DNA of 64,000 nucleotides from Candidatus Doudnabacteria bacterium (GTDB lineage: Bacteria; Patescibacteriota; JAQUNI01): assembly GCA_041644975.1 (NCBI GenBank), contig JBAZQX010000002.1:20603-84602 (forward strand), in the 5' to 3' direction. This document shows, one piece after another, positions 53,215 to 61,630 of the stretch; positions within the stretch are counted from its first letter, which is position 1; each line of letters opens with the position of its first letter. Below the pieces are notes generated by a model. It ran no database searches, was not told the DNA's origin, and was given only the letters and a program-made list of their open reading frames with translations. The position numbers and the translations under genes were made by a program.

Positions 53215-53652
53215 ATGAGGACAAAGATTCTTCTTGCCCTCACCCTGATTTTTTTCTTGGGTGGGGTAAGCGCGGCAATGGCAAAAATGAACAAGATTAA
53301 GCCAGCCGCGGCGCAAAATTCTGGTAAGACTAATACTGCCTGCGTCCAGAGTGCGGTGGAGAAGAGAGAAAATGCGATTATCGCTGCCTATACCAAAAAG
53401 ACGGATGCGATTAAAGCCGCTTTAGAGACGAGAAAAGCGGCTCTAAAGGAGGCTTGGGGAAAAGCCACAGTGCGGGAGAGAGTGCAAGCGCGAGCGCAGG
53501 CATGGAAGACCTTTAAAGCGGCGGAAGTGAAAGCGCGGCTTGCTTATAATCAGGAATTAAAAGCGGCGTGGGCTACTTTTAATAAGGAGCGGAAGGCTTG
53601 TAAGATTACGGAAACCAATGATGAAAATGGCGCCACGGATACGGGGCTTTAA
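53215..53652 (+). CDS. Secreted Ala/Lys-rich helical protein
   Basis: Signal peptide, two Cys; terminator ~53677-53710. Confidence 0.75.
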   Translation: MRTKILLALTLIFFLGGVSAAMAKMNKIKPAAAQNSGKTNTACVQSAVEKRENAIIAAYTKKTDAIKAALETRKAALKEAWGKATVRERVQARAQAWKTFKAAEVKARLAYNQELKAAWATFNKERKACKITETNDENGATDTGL

Positions 53653-53754
53653 GATATTATCAATTCACCAACGCGCAAAGGCGAGGTTTTTTCAAACCTC
53701 GCCTTTTTTGTGCTTTTTGCTTATGATAAGAATATTAGTTGTTAATCTATTTTT

Positions 53755-55569
53755 ATGCGGTTTTTAAGTCATCTTTTGCGCAAAGAGCAATATATCAGTC
53801 TGGGGGTGATTTTTATTTTGACCGCGGTTTCCGTTTTTGCCTTTAATCCATATGAATATGGTTTATCAGACCACGCGATTACCATTCCTTTTTTAAAATC
53901 GCTAGCAGATCCCAGTCTATATCCTAATGATTATTTAGTAGCGGAAAAGTCTTATTATTATAGTTACTTTTGGCAAGCTTTGGGTTTCATCGGCCGTTAC
54001 TTCCCGCTTGATATTCCCCTTTTGTTTTTTGTTCTTTATTATGTTTCTCTCTTTTTCTTTTTCTGGGGGATTTACTTAATTGCCAAACTCCTTTGGCGGC
54101 GACAAGAGGTGGCGTATCTATCTCTCTTTTTCCTTTTGTTTTTCAAGCCGACCTTGGGCGGAATGTCCACTTTTGACCACGCTTTCTTGACGCGGGTGGC
54201 GGTTCTACCCATTCTGGTTTTTGCTTTTTATTTTTTTCTCAAAAAGAAGTTTTTGTGGTCTTTTGTTCTGCAGGGATTGGGTTTTCTGATGCACCCCTTA
54301 AGCGCAGCGCATATGATTGCTATTCTATTTTTAGCGTCAATTATTTGGATACGGGAGATGGGTTGGAAAAAATTATTGGTTTATTTAATTATTTTGGCAA
54401 GCATGGCAAGTCCAATTTTTATTTGGAAGATTATTTCCTCGCCTCCTTCCGTGAGCCTGTTGCACGCGAACGCAGATTGGTTAGAGTTGCTTCGCTTGCG
54501 ATCCGTTGATGAAATTTTCCCTTTCTCTTGGCCTAAGGTGGTTTTTCTGGAGGCGGGATTAGTCTTTTTAGTCTTTTTAGCAAGTTGGAAATACAAGCCG
54601 CAAGCCCAATACCATCGGATCATCATTGGCGCCACCATTTTGATAATTGGTTTTTGTATCTTGGGTACAATTTTTTCGGAAATTTATTCCTTCCCTCTGG
54701 CGCTGAATTTACAGCTCTTCCGCAGTTTTCAGTGGTTAGTTTATTTAGCTTTCATCTATTTTGCCAATTATGCCTTTCAAGAACTCCGAAGTGGCAAAGG
54801 ATTATATAAAATATTAGTAGCTCTTCTCGCTCTCGGCATTTTTTATGGAGCAAGCAACTGGGTTTATGGCTACGTGGCTTTTTTGGTTTTAGCGTTCCTA
54901 TTGGTTCTAAGAGAGAGGAGGATAAATTCTAAGTTACCGTACTATTTTGTTCACGTTCTTTTAGTAGCGGTTTTAATTTTAGGCAGTATTTTTTACCTTC
55001 AGGGAAAAAGATTTTTTTGGGGTAATCATCAAGAGAAATTTTGGTTGGATTTAGCGAAAAAAGCTAAGGCAGAGACAGGACAGAGGGATATGTTTATTGT
55101 GCCGCCTCATTTAGAAGGTTTTCGTATTGAATCGGAGAGAACAATCTACGGCGATTGGAAAGACGGGACTTTGACTTTTTACAATCCGGCTTTTGGCAAG
55201 GAGTGGTTTATGAGGATGCAAAGATTGGGTTATAAGCAAGACTTCAGTCCCGAGGCCGTTCAGGCTCCGAAGAGCCTTCAGGTCGTTCAGACTCTGATGA
55301 GTCTTCAGACTCGAAGAGCTCGAGGAGGATCTTCAGTTCCTTCGACTGTGAAGTCTTCAGGACTGAACAGCCCGAGGGATGTTCCTTTAGGAGAGAGTTT
55401 CCTTGCTCTTTCGGAAGCAGATTTTTGCGCCATCGCGACAGAAATGCGGCGAAGAGCGGGGGAGAAATCTCGGGTTTTTCTAGTAACCTTCCGCAATGAA
55501 AAAAAACTTAATTTCCCCTTGGCTTATGGTAATGAAAAGTTTTTAGTTTACGAGGTGGTGTCGCAATAA
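53755..55569 (+). CDS. Multi-pass GT-C-like membrane protein (DUF6798-like) with repeat-derived insert
   Basis: DPSLYPND, HP, FRIESER..DWKDG; ~46-aa insert near 55241-55378. Confidence 0.7.
   Translation: MRFLSHLLRKEQYISLGVIFILTAVSVFAFNPYEYGLSDHAITIPFLKSLADPSLYPNDYLVAEKSYYYSYFWQALGFIGRYFPLDIPLLFFVLYYVSLFFFFWGIYLIAKLLWRRQEVAYLSLFFLLFFKPTLGGMSTFDHAFLTRVAVLPILVFAFYFFLKKKFLWSFVLQGLGFLMHPLSAAHMIAILFLASIIWIREMGWKKLLVYLIILASMASPIFIWKIISSPPSVSLLHANADWLELLRLRSVDEIFPFSWPKVVFLEAGLVFLVFLASWKYKPQAQYHRIIIGATILIIGFCILGTIFSEIYSFPLALNLQLFRSFQWLVYLAFIYFANYAFQELRSGKGLYKILVALLALGIFYGASNWVYGYVAFLVLAFLLVLRERRINSKLPYYFVHVLLVAVLILGSIFYLQGKRFFWGNHQEKFWLDLAKKAKAETGQRDMFIVPPHLEGFRIESERTIYGDWKDGTLTFYNPAFGKEWFMRMQRLGYKQDFSPEAVQAPKSLQVVQTLMSLQTRRARGGSSVPSTVKSSGLNSPRDVPLGESFLALSEADFCAIATEMRRRAGEKSRVFLVTFRNEKKLNFPLAYGNEKFLVYEVVSQ
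55241..55378 (+). repeat. In-frame array of STTCAG-hairpin units
   Basis: GTTCAG-GCTC-cgaa-GAGC, GTTCAG-ACTC-tgat-GAGT, etc.; related to 5997-6040. Confidence 0.75.
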
Positions 55570-55657
55570 AATATGACGAAGTCATCATTTCGTGATTTTA
55601 ATTACTCACAAAACAAACCTAAAAATAAACTATATTTTTTTAAAAAAAGAACTGCTT

Positions 55658-57136
55658 TTAGCAGTCCATAGGGTTTATTGGAGGGCGCCAACAAGTCTGG
55701 CAAGCCTCGTTGTCGGGGAGACCAATGGCGGGCAGATAATCCCAAGGCGCTTGATAGATCACCGCCATTGCACTTTTCATTTCTGCAACCTTCGCTGCTA
55801 CCTTTTGGTGCAGGATGGAACGCGGATCAGCAATCTGAGAAATTTGCTTTTCGTTAAGTTCTAACGCCCTCATTGCCTGACGCACAGCAAGATCAGCCGT
55901 GGAGCGGGTAGTCTCAAAGTAAGGACATTTATAAAAGATCATTGGAAAAGAAACCAGCAGGATTACCCCTTGAGCTCCTAGGGAAGTCAGAAAGAGGATG
56001 AGATCGCGGAGTTGATTACCTCGCACAATGGAGTCCTCCACTAAAATTAAAGTCCGACCTTGGATATACTCTTTAATGATATAAAGTTTTCTGGCAGCGA
56101 CAAGTTTTCTTAATTGAGGCTCTGTTGGAGTATAACTTTGGCCGTAGCCTGGCTCTTTTTTGAGAGCTTCCACGAGTGGAATTTCAGGACAAATTTCGTG
56201 CGCGCCTCGGGCAATAGGGATTCCTGTACCTGGCACAGGGACAAGGATGTAATTAGCATCCTGCTTCCCGTGTTGGGCCAGCCATTCTTTTAATCTTTGA
56301 CCTAAGGTTCTACCCGCCGCTTTACGTGCTTCTTCGGTGAGGATTGGTTTTCCTCCTAAGGTGAAGTGAAGAGTCGCCTCGCTACTGTAATAGGCGCTGT
56401 TAAAAGGGCATAGAGACATACTATCTTGAGGGGTGATCAGGGATTGAATACTTAAGTCAGGATTGATCTGAATGGCCTCCCCTGGTCCTAATGCTCTTTG
56501 GATTTCAAAACCAGAATTTTGGAGCGCGCAGCTTTCACAGACCACAGCAATAGCTTCTGACCTTGCGCCGAGAATAAGAGAACCTCGTCCCCAAAAGTCT
56601 CGGACTACAATTAATTCTCCCTTCTCCGTCATCATTAGAAAAGAAACCGATCCCTTGGTTGTCTGGAAGATTTCTTTTATTCCTTGTTTCAAGTTATCTG
56701 CCCGCGCCATAGTTTTTAGAATCAGTTCTGTCGGGTTAGTCCTATCTCCAACGAGCGTTAAACTGTGGCCTTCCGCGATCAATCGGTTTCTAAGGTGGCG
56801 AGGGTTTTGCAGATGACCTAGCGTAACAATAGCAATCCGTCCGAATTTTGTATCAAAGGCAAGAGGCTGGGGATGATTGGTTTGAGCGGCAATCACCATA
56901 CCCCCGATCATTTTTAAGGCAATTTCATCAAATCTTTCATAAAAGGGGGCGTTGAGCCTATGGATGGGAAAAGGGGTGCTAAAACTTTTTTCGTTGGTTA
57001 CCGCTATCCCACCAAGGCTTCCTCCATACCGCGCTTGGCAGGTCATCATATGGGTAATTTCTTGAGCGCATGTGTTTTTAAAACCCCGTGTCATCAGATC
57101 AGGTGTTTTACTAACTATTCCGGCGATAGCTGGCAT
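55658..57136 (-). CDS. Divergent amidophosphoribosyltransferase homolog lacking Cys1
   Basis: RDFWG..L, PGE, VPVPGTG, LVEDSIVRGNQL, CQTCW; begins MPAIAG after AAGGAGG SD. Confidence 0.8.
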   Translation of the reverse strand: MPAIAGIVSKTPDLMTRGFKNTCAQEITHMMTCQARYGGSLGGIAVTNEKSFSTPFPIHRLNAPFYERFDEIALKMIGGMVIAAQTNHPQPLAFDTKFGRIAIVTLGHLQNPRHLRNRLIAEGHSLTLVGDRTNPTELILKTMARADNLKQGIKEIFQTTKGSVSFLMMTEKGELIVVRDFWGRGSLILGARSEAIAVVCESCALQNSGFEIQRALGPGEAIQINPDLSIQSLITPQDSMSLCPFNSAYYSSEATLHFTLGGKPILTEEARKAAGRTLGQRLKEWLAQHGKQDANYILVPVPGTGIPIARGAHEICPEIPLVEALKKEPGYGQSYTPTEPQLRKLVAARKLYIIKEYIQGRTLILVEDSIVRGNQLRDLILFLTSLGAQGVILLVSFPMIFYKCPYFETTRSTADLAVRQAMRALELNEKQISQIADPRSILHQKVAAKVAEMKSAMAVIYQAPWDYLPAIGLPDNEACQTCWRPPINPMDC

Positions 57137-57305
57137 TGTCAACCTCCTTTATGGCTGTAGTTTTTGGATGAATAACTGGTAAGGAGCAAGAGAAAATTTA
57201 TTTGTTTCCAGATGTTATCTCATTATACATCCTTTATTTTATCTAGCAAATAAGCTATAATTTTTAGGACAAACAAAGGCGAGTCTTTTTAGATTTCGCG
57301 GTTTG

Positions 57306-57347
57306 CCCGCCCGGCAAACGCTCGCAGAGCTTTGTGAGCGGGTCGGG
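57306..57347 (+). repeat. CCCG-tagged palindromic element
   Basis: CCCGCCCG..CGCTCGCAGAG CTTTGTGAGCG..CGGG. Confidence 0.55.
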
Positions 57348-57361
57348 GATTTTTAAAATTT

Positions 57362-59152
57362 ATGAATGAGGTTGAAGAAATCAAAAATCGGCTTAATGTT
57401 GCCGATGTCATCGCGGACTATATTCAATTGACGCCGGTCGGCGCCAATTTCAAAGCCCGTTGCCCTTTTCACAGCGAGAAAACGCCATCTTTTTATGTTT
57501 CGCCGGAAAAGCAGATTTGGCATTGTTTCGGGTGTGAAGCGGGCGGCGACATCTTTACTTTTGTCCAAAAGATGGAGGGGCTTGAATTTCGGGAGGCGCT
57601 CAAGATTTTGGCCGAAAAGGCGGGCGTAAAGTTGGAAGCGCGCGATCCGAATTTGGAAACAGAACGCGATAGACTGGTTAGTCTTTGCGAATGGGCGGCG
57701 CGCTTTTTTCACCAGGCTCTTTTGCGTTCCCGCGAGGGGAAAATCGCCAGGGATTATCTGGTTTCGCGCAAGGTTGGAGAAAAAATGATCCAGAAATTTT
57801 TGCTTGGTTACTCTCCTTTTTCCTGGCATCTCACTATGGATTTCCTGCGCAAGAAAGGGTTTTCCGCGGCAGAGATTTTTGCCGCGGGGCTCGCAAGCCA
57901 AAAAACCCCGGGCAGATTTTATGATCGTTTTCGGGGAAGACTGACATTCCCTTTGCGCAACATCCACGGTCAGGCAATTGGTTTTGGCGCTCGTGTTTTA
58001 AATGAAGAGAGGGATCATTTGGGCAAGTATATTAATTCTCCTCAAAGCCTGATTTATGATAAAAGCGGCTTGCTTTATGCCCTGGATCAAGCGAAACAGA
58101 TGATTAAAAAAGAAAATCTCTGCATCGCGGTGGAAGGATATTTAGATGTGATCTCCTCCCATCAGGTAGGGGTCACCAACGTGGTGGGTGTTTCCGGGAC
58201 CGCTCTTACTCCCGCTCAACTTATTTTAATGAAAAGGTATACCCATAATCTTGCGCTTTGCTTTGACGCGGACATGGCAGGGGTCGGAGCCGCCAAGCGC
58301 GGCATTGAAAACGCAATCGCGGCTGGCTTAGCTGTCCGCGTCATTATTTTACCTAAAGACGAGGATCCCGATTCTTTGATTAGGAAAAATCCAGAGCTTT
58401 GGCGTGAAGCTACCAAACGAGCAGTCGGAATTATGGAATTCTATTTTGATCTAGCTTTAAAACATTATAATCCAGAGGAGCTTGCGGGCAAGAAAATGAT
58501 TGCTGCTGAAGTTTTACCAATAATTAAAAAAATACCAGACCAGATTGAACAAGCCTATTATTTACAGAAGTTGTCATCTCTCATTAACATCCGCGAGGAA
58601 TCTTTGCGCGAGGCAATGGCTAGAATAGATTTAACTCTTCAATACTCTCAAAGTCCTGATCGCAATGTTGTTGCGCCGCCAGAGGATTTTAACCCTGCAC
58701 CTGCGGATATCGTAGGCCGCCATCTTTTAGGTCTCGGCTTAAAATATCCCCGTTTTTTGGGGGAAATTTTAGAGGAAGCTAAACCCTCTATTTTATCCTC
58801 CGAATGGCAGGATATTTACAAAGTCTTAAGCAAATATTATAATAAGAATAGGAGCTTTGATTTCATTCATTTTAAGCGAAAAATTCAGACTTCCCATCCC
58901 CAGTACGTCACGCGTTTAGAAGTGGCTATTTTAGATGTGGAAAAAGATTTGGAAGAAAATGACCAAAAGGAGGACATCATCGCTCTAGAGGTGCAACAGG
59001 CTTTAAAAAGGCTTAAGGAGCAGTATTACAGACAAAAATTAGAAGCAATTGAACTTCAAATGCAGAGAGCGGAAGATATCAAAGATAGAGTTCTCTCGCA
59101 GAGTTTAACTAAACAACTTCAATCTTTCACCCAAAAATTGGGGAAATTGTAA
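57362..59152 (+). CDS. dnaG: DNA primase
   Basis: CPFHSEKTPSF..HCFGC, KYINSP, EGYLD, FDADMAG. Confidence 0.98.
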   Translation: MNEVEEIKNRLNVADVIADYIQLTPVGANFKARCPFHSEKTPSFYVSPEKQIWHCFGCEAGGDIFTFVQKMEGLEFREALKILAEKAGVKLEARDPNLETERDRLVSLCEWAARFFHQALLRSREGKIARDYLVSRKVGEKMIQKFLLGYSPFSWHLTMDFLRKKGFSAAEIFAAGLASQKTPGRFYDRFRGRLTFPLRNIHGQAIGFGARVLNEERDHLGKYINSPQSLIYDKSGLLYALDQAKQMIKKENLCIAVEGYLDVISSHQVGVTNVVGVSGTALTPAQLILMKRYTHNLALCFDADMAGVGAAKRGIENAIAAGLAVRVIILPKDEDPDSLIRKNPELWREATKRAVGIMEFYFDLALKHYNPEELAGKKMIAAEVLPIIKKIPDQIEQAYYLQKLSSLINIREESLREAMARIDLTLQYSQSPDRNVVAPPEDFNPAPADIVGRHLLGLGLKYPRFLGEILEEAKPSILSSEWQDIYKVLSKYYNKNRSFDFIHFKRKIQTSHPQYVTRLEVAILDVEKDLEENDQKEDIIALEVQQALKRLKEQYYRQKLEAIELQMQRAEDIKDRVLSQSLTKQLQSFTQKLGKL

Positions 59153-59244
59153 ATTCAATTTGAAATCCATCTTTTCACTTTTTACATCGTGCCAAAAGTT
59201 TTGCTTTGGTATGGGAAAGGTTTTTATTTTTTTAACTTACCTTC

Positions 59245-60582
59245 GTGCCTCGTCGCAATAAAACAACCGTGGGGCGCAAATTGCGCCGCAAGAAATCTTA
59301 CAAGCGGAGTCAGCAGTCCAAAAAAATGGGAATAAAGAAGAGGAGTCAAAAGAAGCCTAAAACTAGAAGAACGGCTTGGCAGAGAGCTCGCCCTGCAAGG
59401 AAGAGGAAACCTCTCTATTTTTCGCGCGCGAAAAATAGCGCCGCTAGGCGCAAAAGGACTCGTCGTCCAGTCAGGCGGATGAGGAGGAAGAGCGCGGTTT
59501 CGCAAGCGAAACTAGATTATCTTTTTCATAAAGGCAAAGAGCAGGGTTTTATCACGGTTAACGAGATTTTAGCAGCGATTCCTGAGATTGAAGATTACGA
59601 AGAAGCCTTAGACGACTTTTTATCTAAATTAGAAGAAGAGGGAGTGAGTATAGAAGAAATCAGAGGGGATTTAATTGAGAGCGTAGGAGAGAGCGAGGAG
59701 GAAGGGGAAAAGCCTCAGAAGGAAATAGGATTTTGGGAGGGTTTGGATCTCGGCGATATCTCTTCAGATTCGGTTCAGATGTATTTGCGGGAGATCGGCA
59801 AAGTGCCTCTTCTGACCTCTCAAGAAGAGGTTGATTTATCCAAGCGCAAAGAAAAAAATGACCAGGAAGCGAAGAATAAGCTTATTGAAGCCAATCTGCG
59901 CCTCGTTGTTTCTATCGCTAAAAAATACACCGGACGTTCTCTTTCTCTTTTAGATTTGATTCAAGAAGGCAACATTGGCCTTTTCAGGGCGGTAGAAAAA
60001 TTTGATTACCGCAGGGGCTATAAATTTTCTACTTATGCCACTTGGTGGGTTCGTCAGGCAATCACGCGGGCGCTCGCTGACCAATCGCGCACGATTCGGA
60101 TCCCTGTGCATATGGTGGAAACGATTAATAAATTCACTCAAACGGAAAGACGTTTGGTGCAGGATTTGGGACGAGAGCCGATGCCCGAGGAAATCGCGGC
60201 GGAAATGGGCATTCCCTTGGAAAAAGTGCGGCAGATTTTAAAGGTGTCGCAGGAAACTGTTTCTTTGGAAACGACCGTGGGTGAAGATGATGAAGATTCC
60301 ACCCTTGGCGATTTTATTGAGGACGAAAAGACGCCTACCCCAGACCGCTTGGCGGGTCAGGAACTCTTAAGAAACCATATTAAGGACGTAATTCGGGATT
60401 TAAACCCCAGGGAGCAGAAGATTTTAAATATGCGTTTTGGATTAAGTGATGGTATTTCTCATACCCTGGAAGAGGTGGGGCAGGAATTTGGCGTCACCCG
60501 CGAGCGGATCCGCCAAATTGAAGCCAAAGCCTTGGAAAAGATTCGGGATCATGCGTTGGTTAAGAAGTTGAGGGATTATTAG
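59245..60582 (+). CDS. rpoD: Primary sigma factor with very basic N-terminal extension
   Basis: [40 protein letters not shown]; start uncertain. Confidence 0.96.
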   Translation: MPRRNKTTVGRKLRRKKSYKRSQQSKKMGIKKRSQKKPKTRRTAWQRARPARKRKPLYFSRAKNSAARRKRTRRPVRRMRRKSAVSQAKLDYLFHKGKEQGFITVNEILAAIPEIEDYEEALDDFLSKLEEEGVSIEEIRGDLIESVGESEEEGEKPQKEIGFWEGLDLGDISSDSVQMYLREIGKVPLLTSQEEVDLSKRKEKNDQEAKNKLIEANLRLVVSIAKKYTGRSLSLLDLIQEGNIGLFRAVEKFDYRRGYKFSTYATWWVRQAITRALADQSRTIRIPVHMVETINKFTQTERRLVQDLGREPMPEEIAAEMGIPLEKVRQILKVSQETVSLETTVGEDDEDSTLGDFIEDEKTPTPDRLAGQELLRNHIKDVIRDLNPREQKILNMRFGLSDGISHTLEEVGQEFGVTRERIRQIEAKALEKIRDHALVKKLRDY

Positions 60583-60584
60583 AG

Positions 60585-60619
60585 TAGTAATTGGTAATCA
60601 GTAACTGGTAATTGGTAAT
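60585..60619 (+). repeat. Heptamer array, left arm (5 x YRGTAAY)
   Basis: TAGTAAT TGGTAAT CAGTAAC TGGTAAT TGGTAAT abutting the ATG. Confidence 0.9.
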
Positions 60620-61000
60620 ATGAATATTATGGATAAAAAGATCGTCAAATTTTATGATCTGGAGGCTTGGCAGAAGGCTTATGAATTGGTCTTAGAAATT
60701 TATAAGATTACAAAGTTATTCCCCAAGGAAGAACTGTTTGGAATGACAAGCCAGTTAAGAAGAGCGGCGGCTTCAATAGCAGCTAATATCGCAGAAGGTT
60801 TTGCGAGATACCATTATAAAGATAAGGTAAGGTTTTATTACCAAGCGCGCGGTTCGGTTGCCGAGGTTCAAACCTTTTTATTATTAGCCAAAGATTTAAA
60901 ATATATTGATTTAGAGATTTGTAAATATTTAGGGGAAAGGTGTAATGAGGTAGGAAAGCTGATTAATGGTTTGATCCGTTCTATTGAGAAACAAAAATAG
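60620..61000 (+). CDS. Four helix bundle protein (23S rRNA IVP/TIGR02436-like)
   Basis: DLEAWQKA, FPKEE.FG.TSQLRRAA.SI.ANIAEG, ARGS..EV. Confidence 0.92.
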   Translation: MNIMDKKIVKFYDLEAWQKAYELVLEIYKITKLFPKEELFGMTSQLRRAAASIAANIAEGFARYHYKDKVRFYYQARGSVAEVQTFLLLAKDLKYIDLEICKYLGERCNEVGKLINGLIRSIEKQK

Positions 61001-61007
61001 TTTATGA

Positions 61008-61049
61008 ATTACTAATTACTAATTACTAATTACCGATTACTGATTACGA
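61008..61049 (-). repeat. Heptamer array, right arm (6 x ATTACNR)
   Basis: ATTACTA x3 ATTACCG ATTACTG ATTACGA. Confidence 0.9.
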
Positions 61050-61050
61050 A

Positions 61051-61137
61051 TCCATTCCGCGATAGCTCAATGGTACCCGCCCGCCACGCAAGCCGAAGCT
61101 TTGCGAGGCGTTGCGGGCGGGGAGCAACTGGCTGTTA
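61051..61137 (+). pseudogene. Duplicated 5' half of tRNA-Asn with a 46-bp palindrome inserted at the D-loop
   Basis: 61051-61075 + 61122-61137 equals 61385-61425 (41 nt). Confidence 0.88.
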
Positions 61138-61140
61138 TCT

Positions 61141-61383
61141 ATGTTCTACACTTATGTTTTAAGAAGTAAAAAAGATTCTAAGTTTTATATAGGTTCTACA
61201 AAAAATCTTAAGAAAAGATTTATTGAACACCAGAAAGGTTTGGTGGAGGCAACATTGAAAAGGAGGCCGTTGAAGTTAGTTTATTACGAGGCTTGTTTGG
61301 ATGAGAAAAAGGCGCAAAAAAGAGAAAAATATTTTAAAACCGGTTACGGCAGAAGATTTCTGAAAGGTAGAATCTATTTTTGA
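61141..61383 (+). CDS. Stand-alone GIY-YIG nuclease (80 aa)
   Basis: FYTYVL..FYIGST..L.KR..EH..G, YYE, A.KREKYFKTG.GR. Confidence 0.92.
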   Translation: MFYTYVLRSKKDSKFYIGSTKNLKKRFIEHQKGLVEATLKRRPLKLVYYEACLDEKKAQKREKYFKTGYGRRFLKGRIYF

Positions 61384-61389
61384 GTCCAT

Positions 61390-61464
61390 TCCGCGATAGC
61401 TCAATGGTAGAGCAACTGGCTGTTAACCAGTGTGTTGCAGGTTCGAGTCCTGCTCGCGGAGCCA
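61390..61464 (+). tRNA. tRNA-Asn(GTT)
   Basis: TCCGCGA/TCGCGGA, ACTGG-CTGTTAA-CCAGT, GTTCGAGT, CCA. Confidence 0.96.
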
Positions 61465-61469
61465 GTATT

Positions 61470-61497
61470 AAAAAATGGCTTATTTAAGCCATTTTTT
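61470..61497 (+). terminator. Terminator after tRNA-Asn
   Basis: AAAAAATGGCTTA-TT-TAAGCCATTTTTT. Confidence 0.75.
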
Positions 61498-61630
61498 GGT
61501 TAAAATTAATAAAAATGATTGATAAAGTGTTGCAAATATTACAGCTCTTTGACAAATTAGTAAAAAGTTATAAAATGCATAGATCTTAATAATTAAAGAT
61601 AACTGAAAAGAAAGTATAAGAAGAAAGGAA

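Noticed and set aside
60620-61000. DGR (Avd) system
   Set aside because: No reverse transcriptase or TR/VR pair seen in the window.
60585-61049. CRISPR array
   Set aside because: 7-nt tandem units, no spacers, no cas genes.
61056-61464. Intron-containing tRNA
   Set aside because: The downstream copy is a complete tRNA, the 5' half is duplicated and disrupted, and no group I core was recognised.
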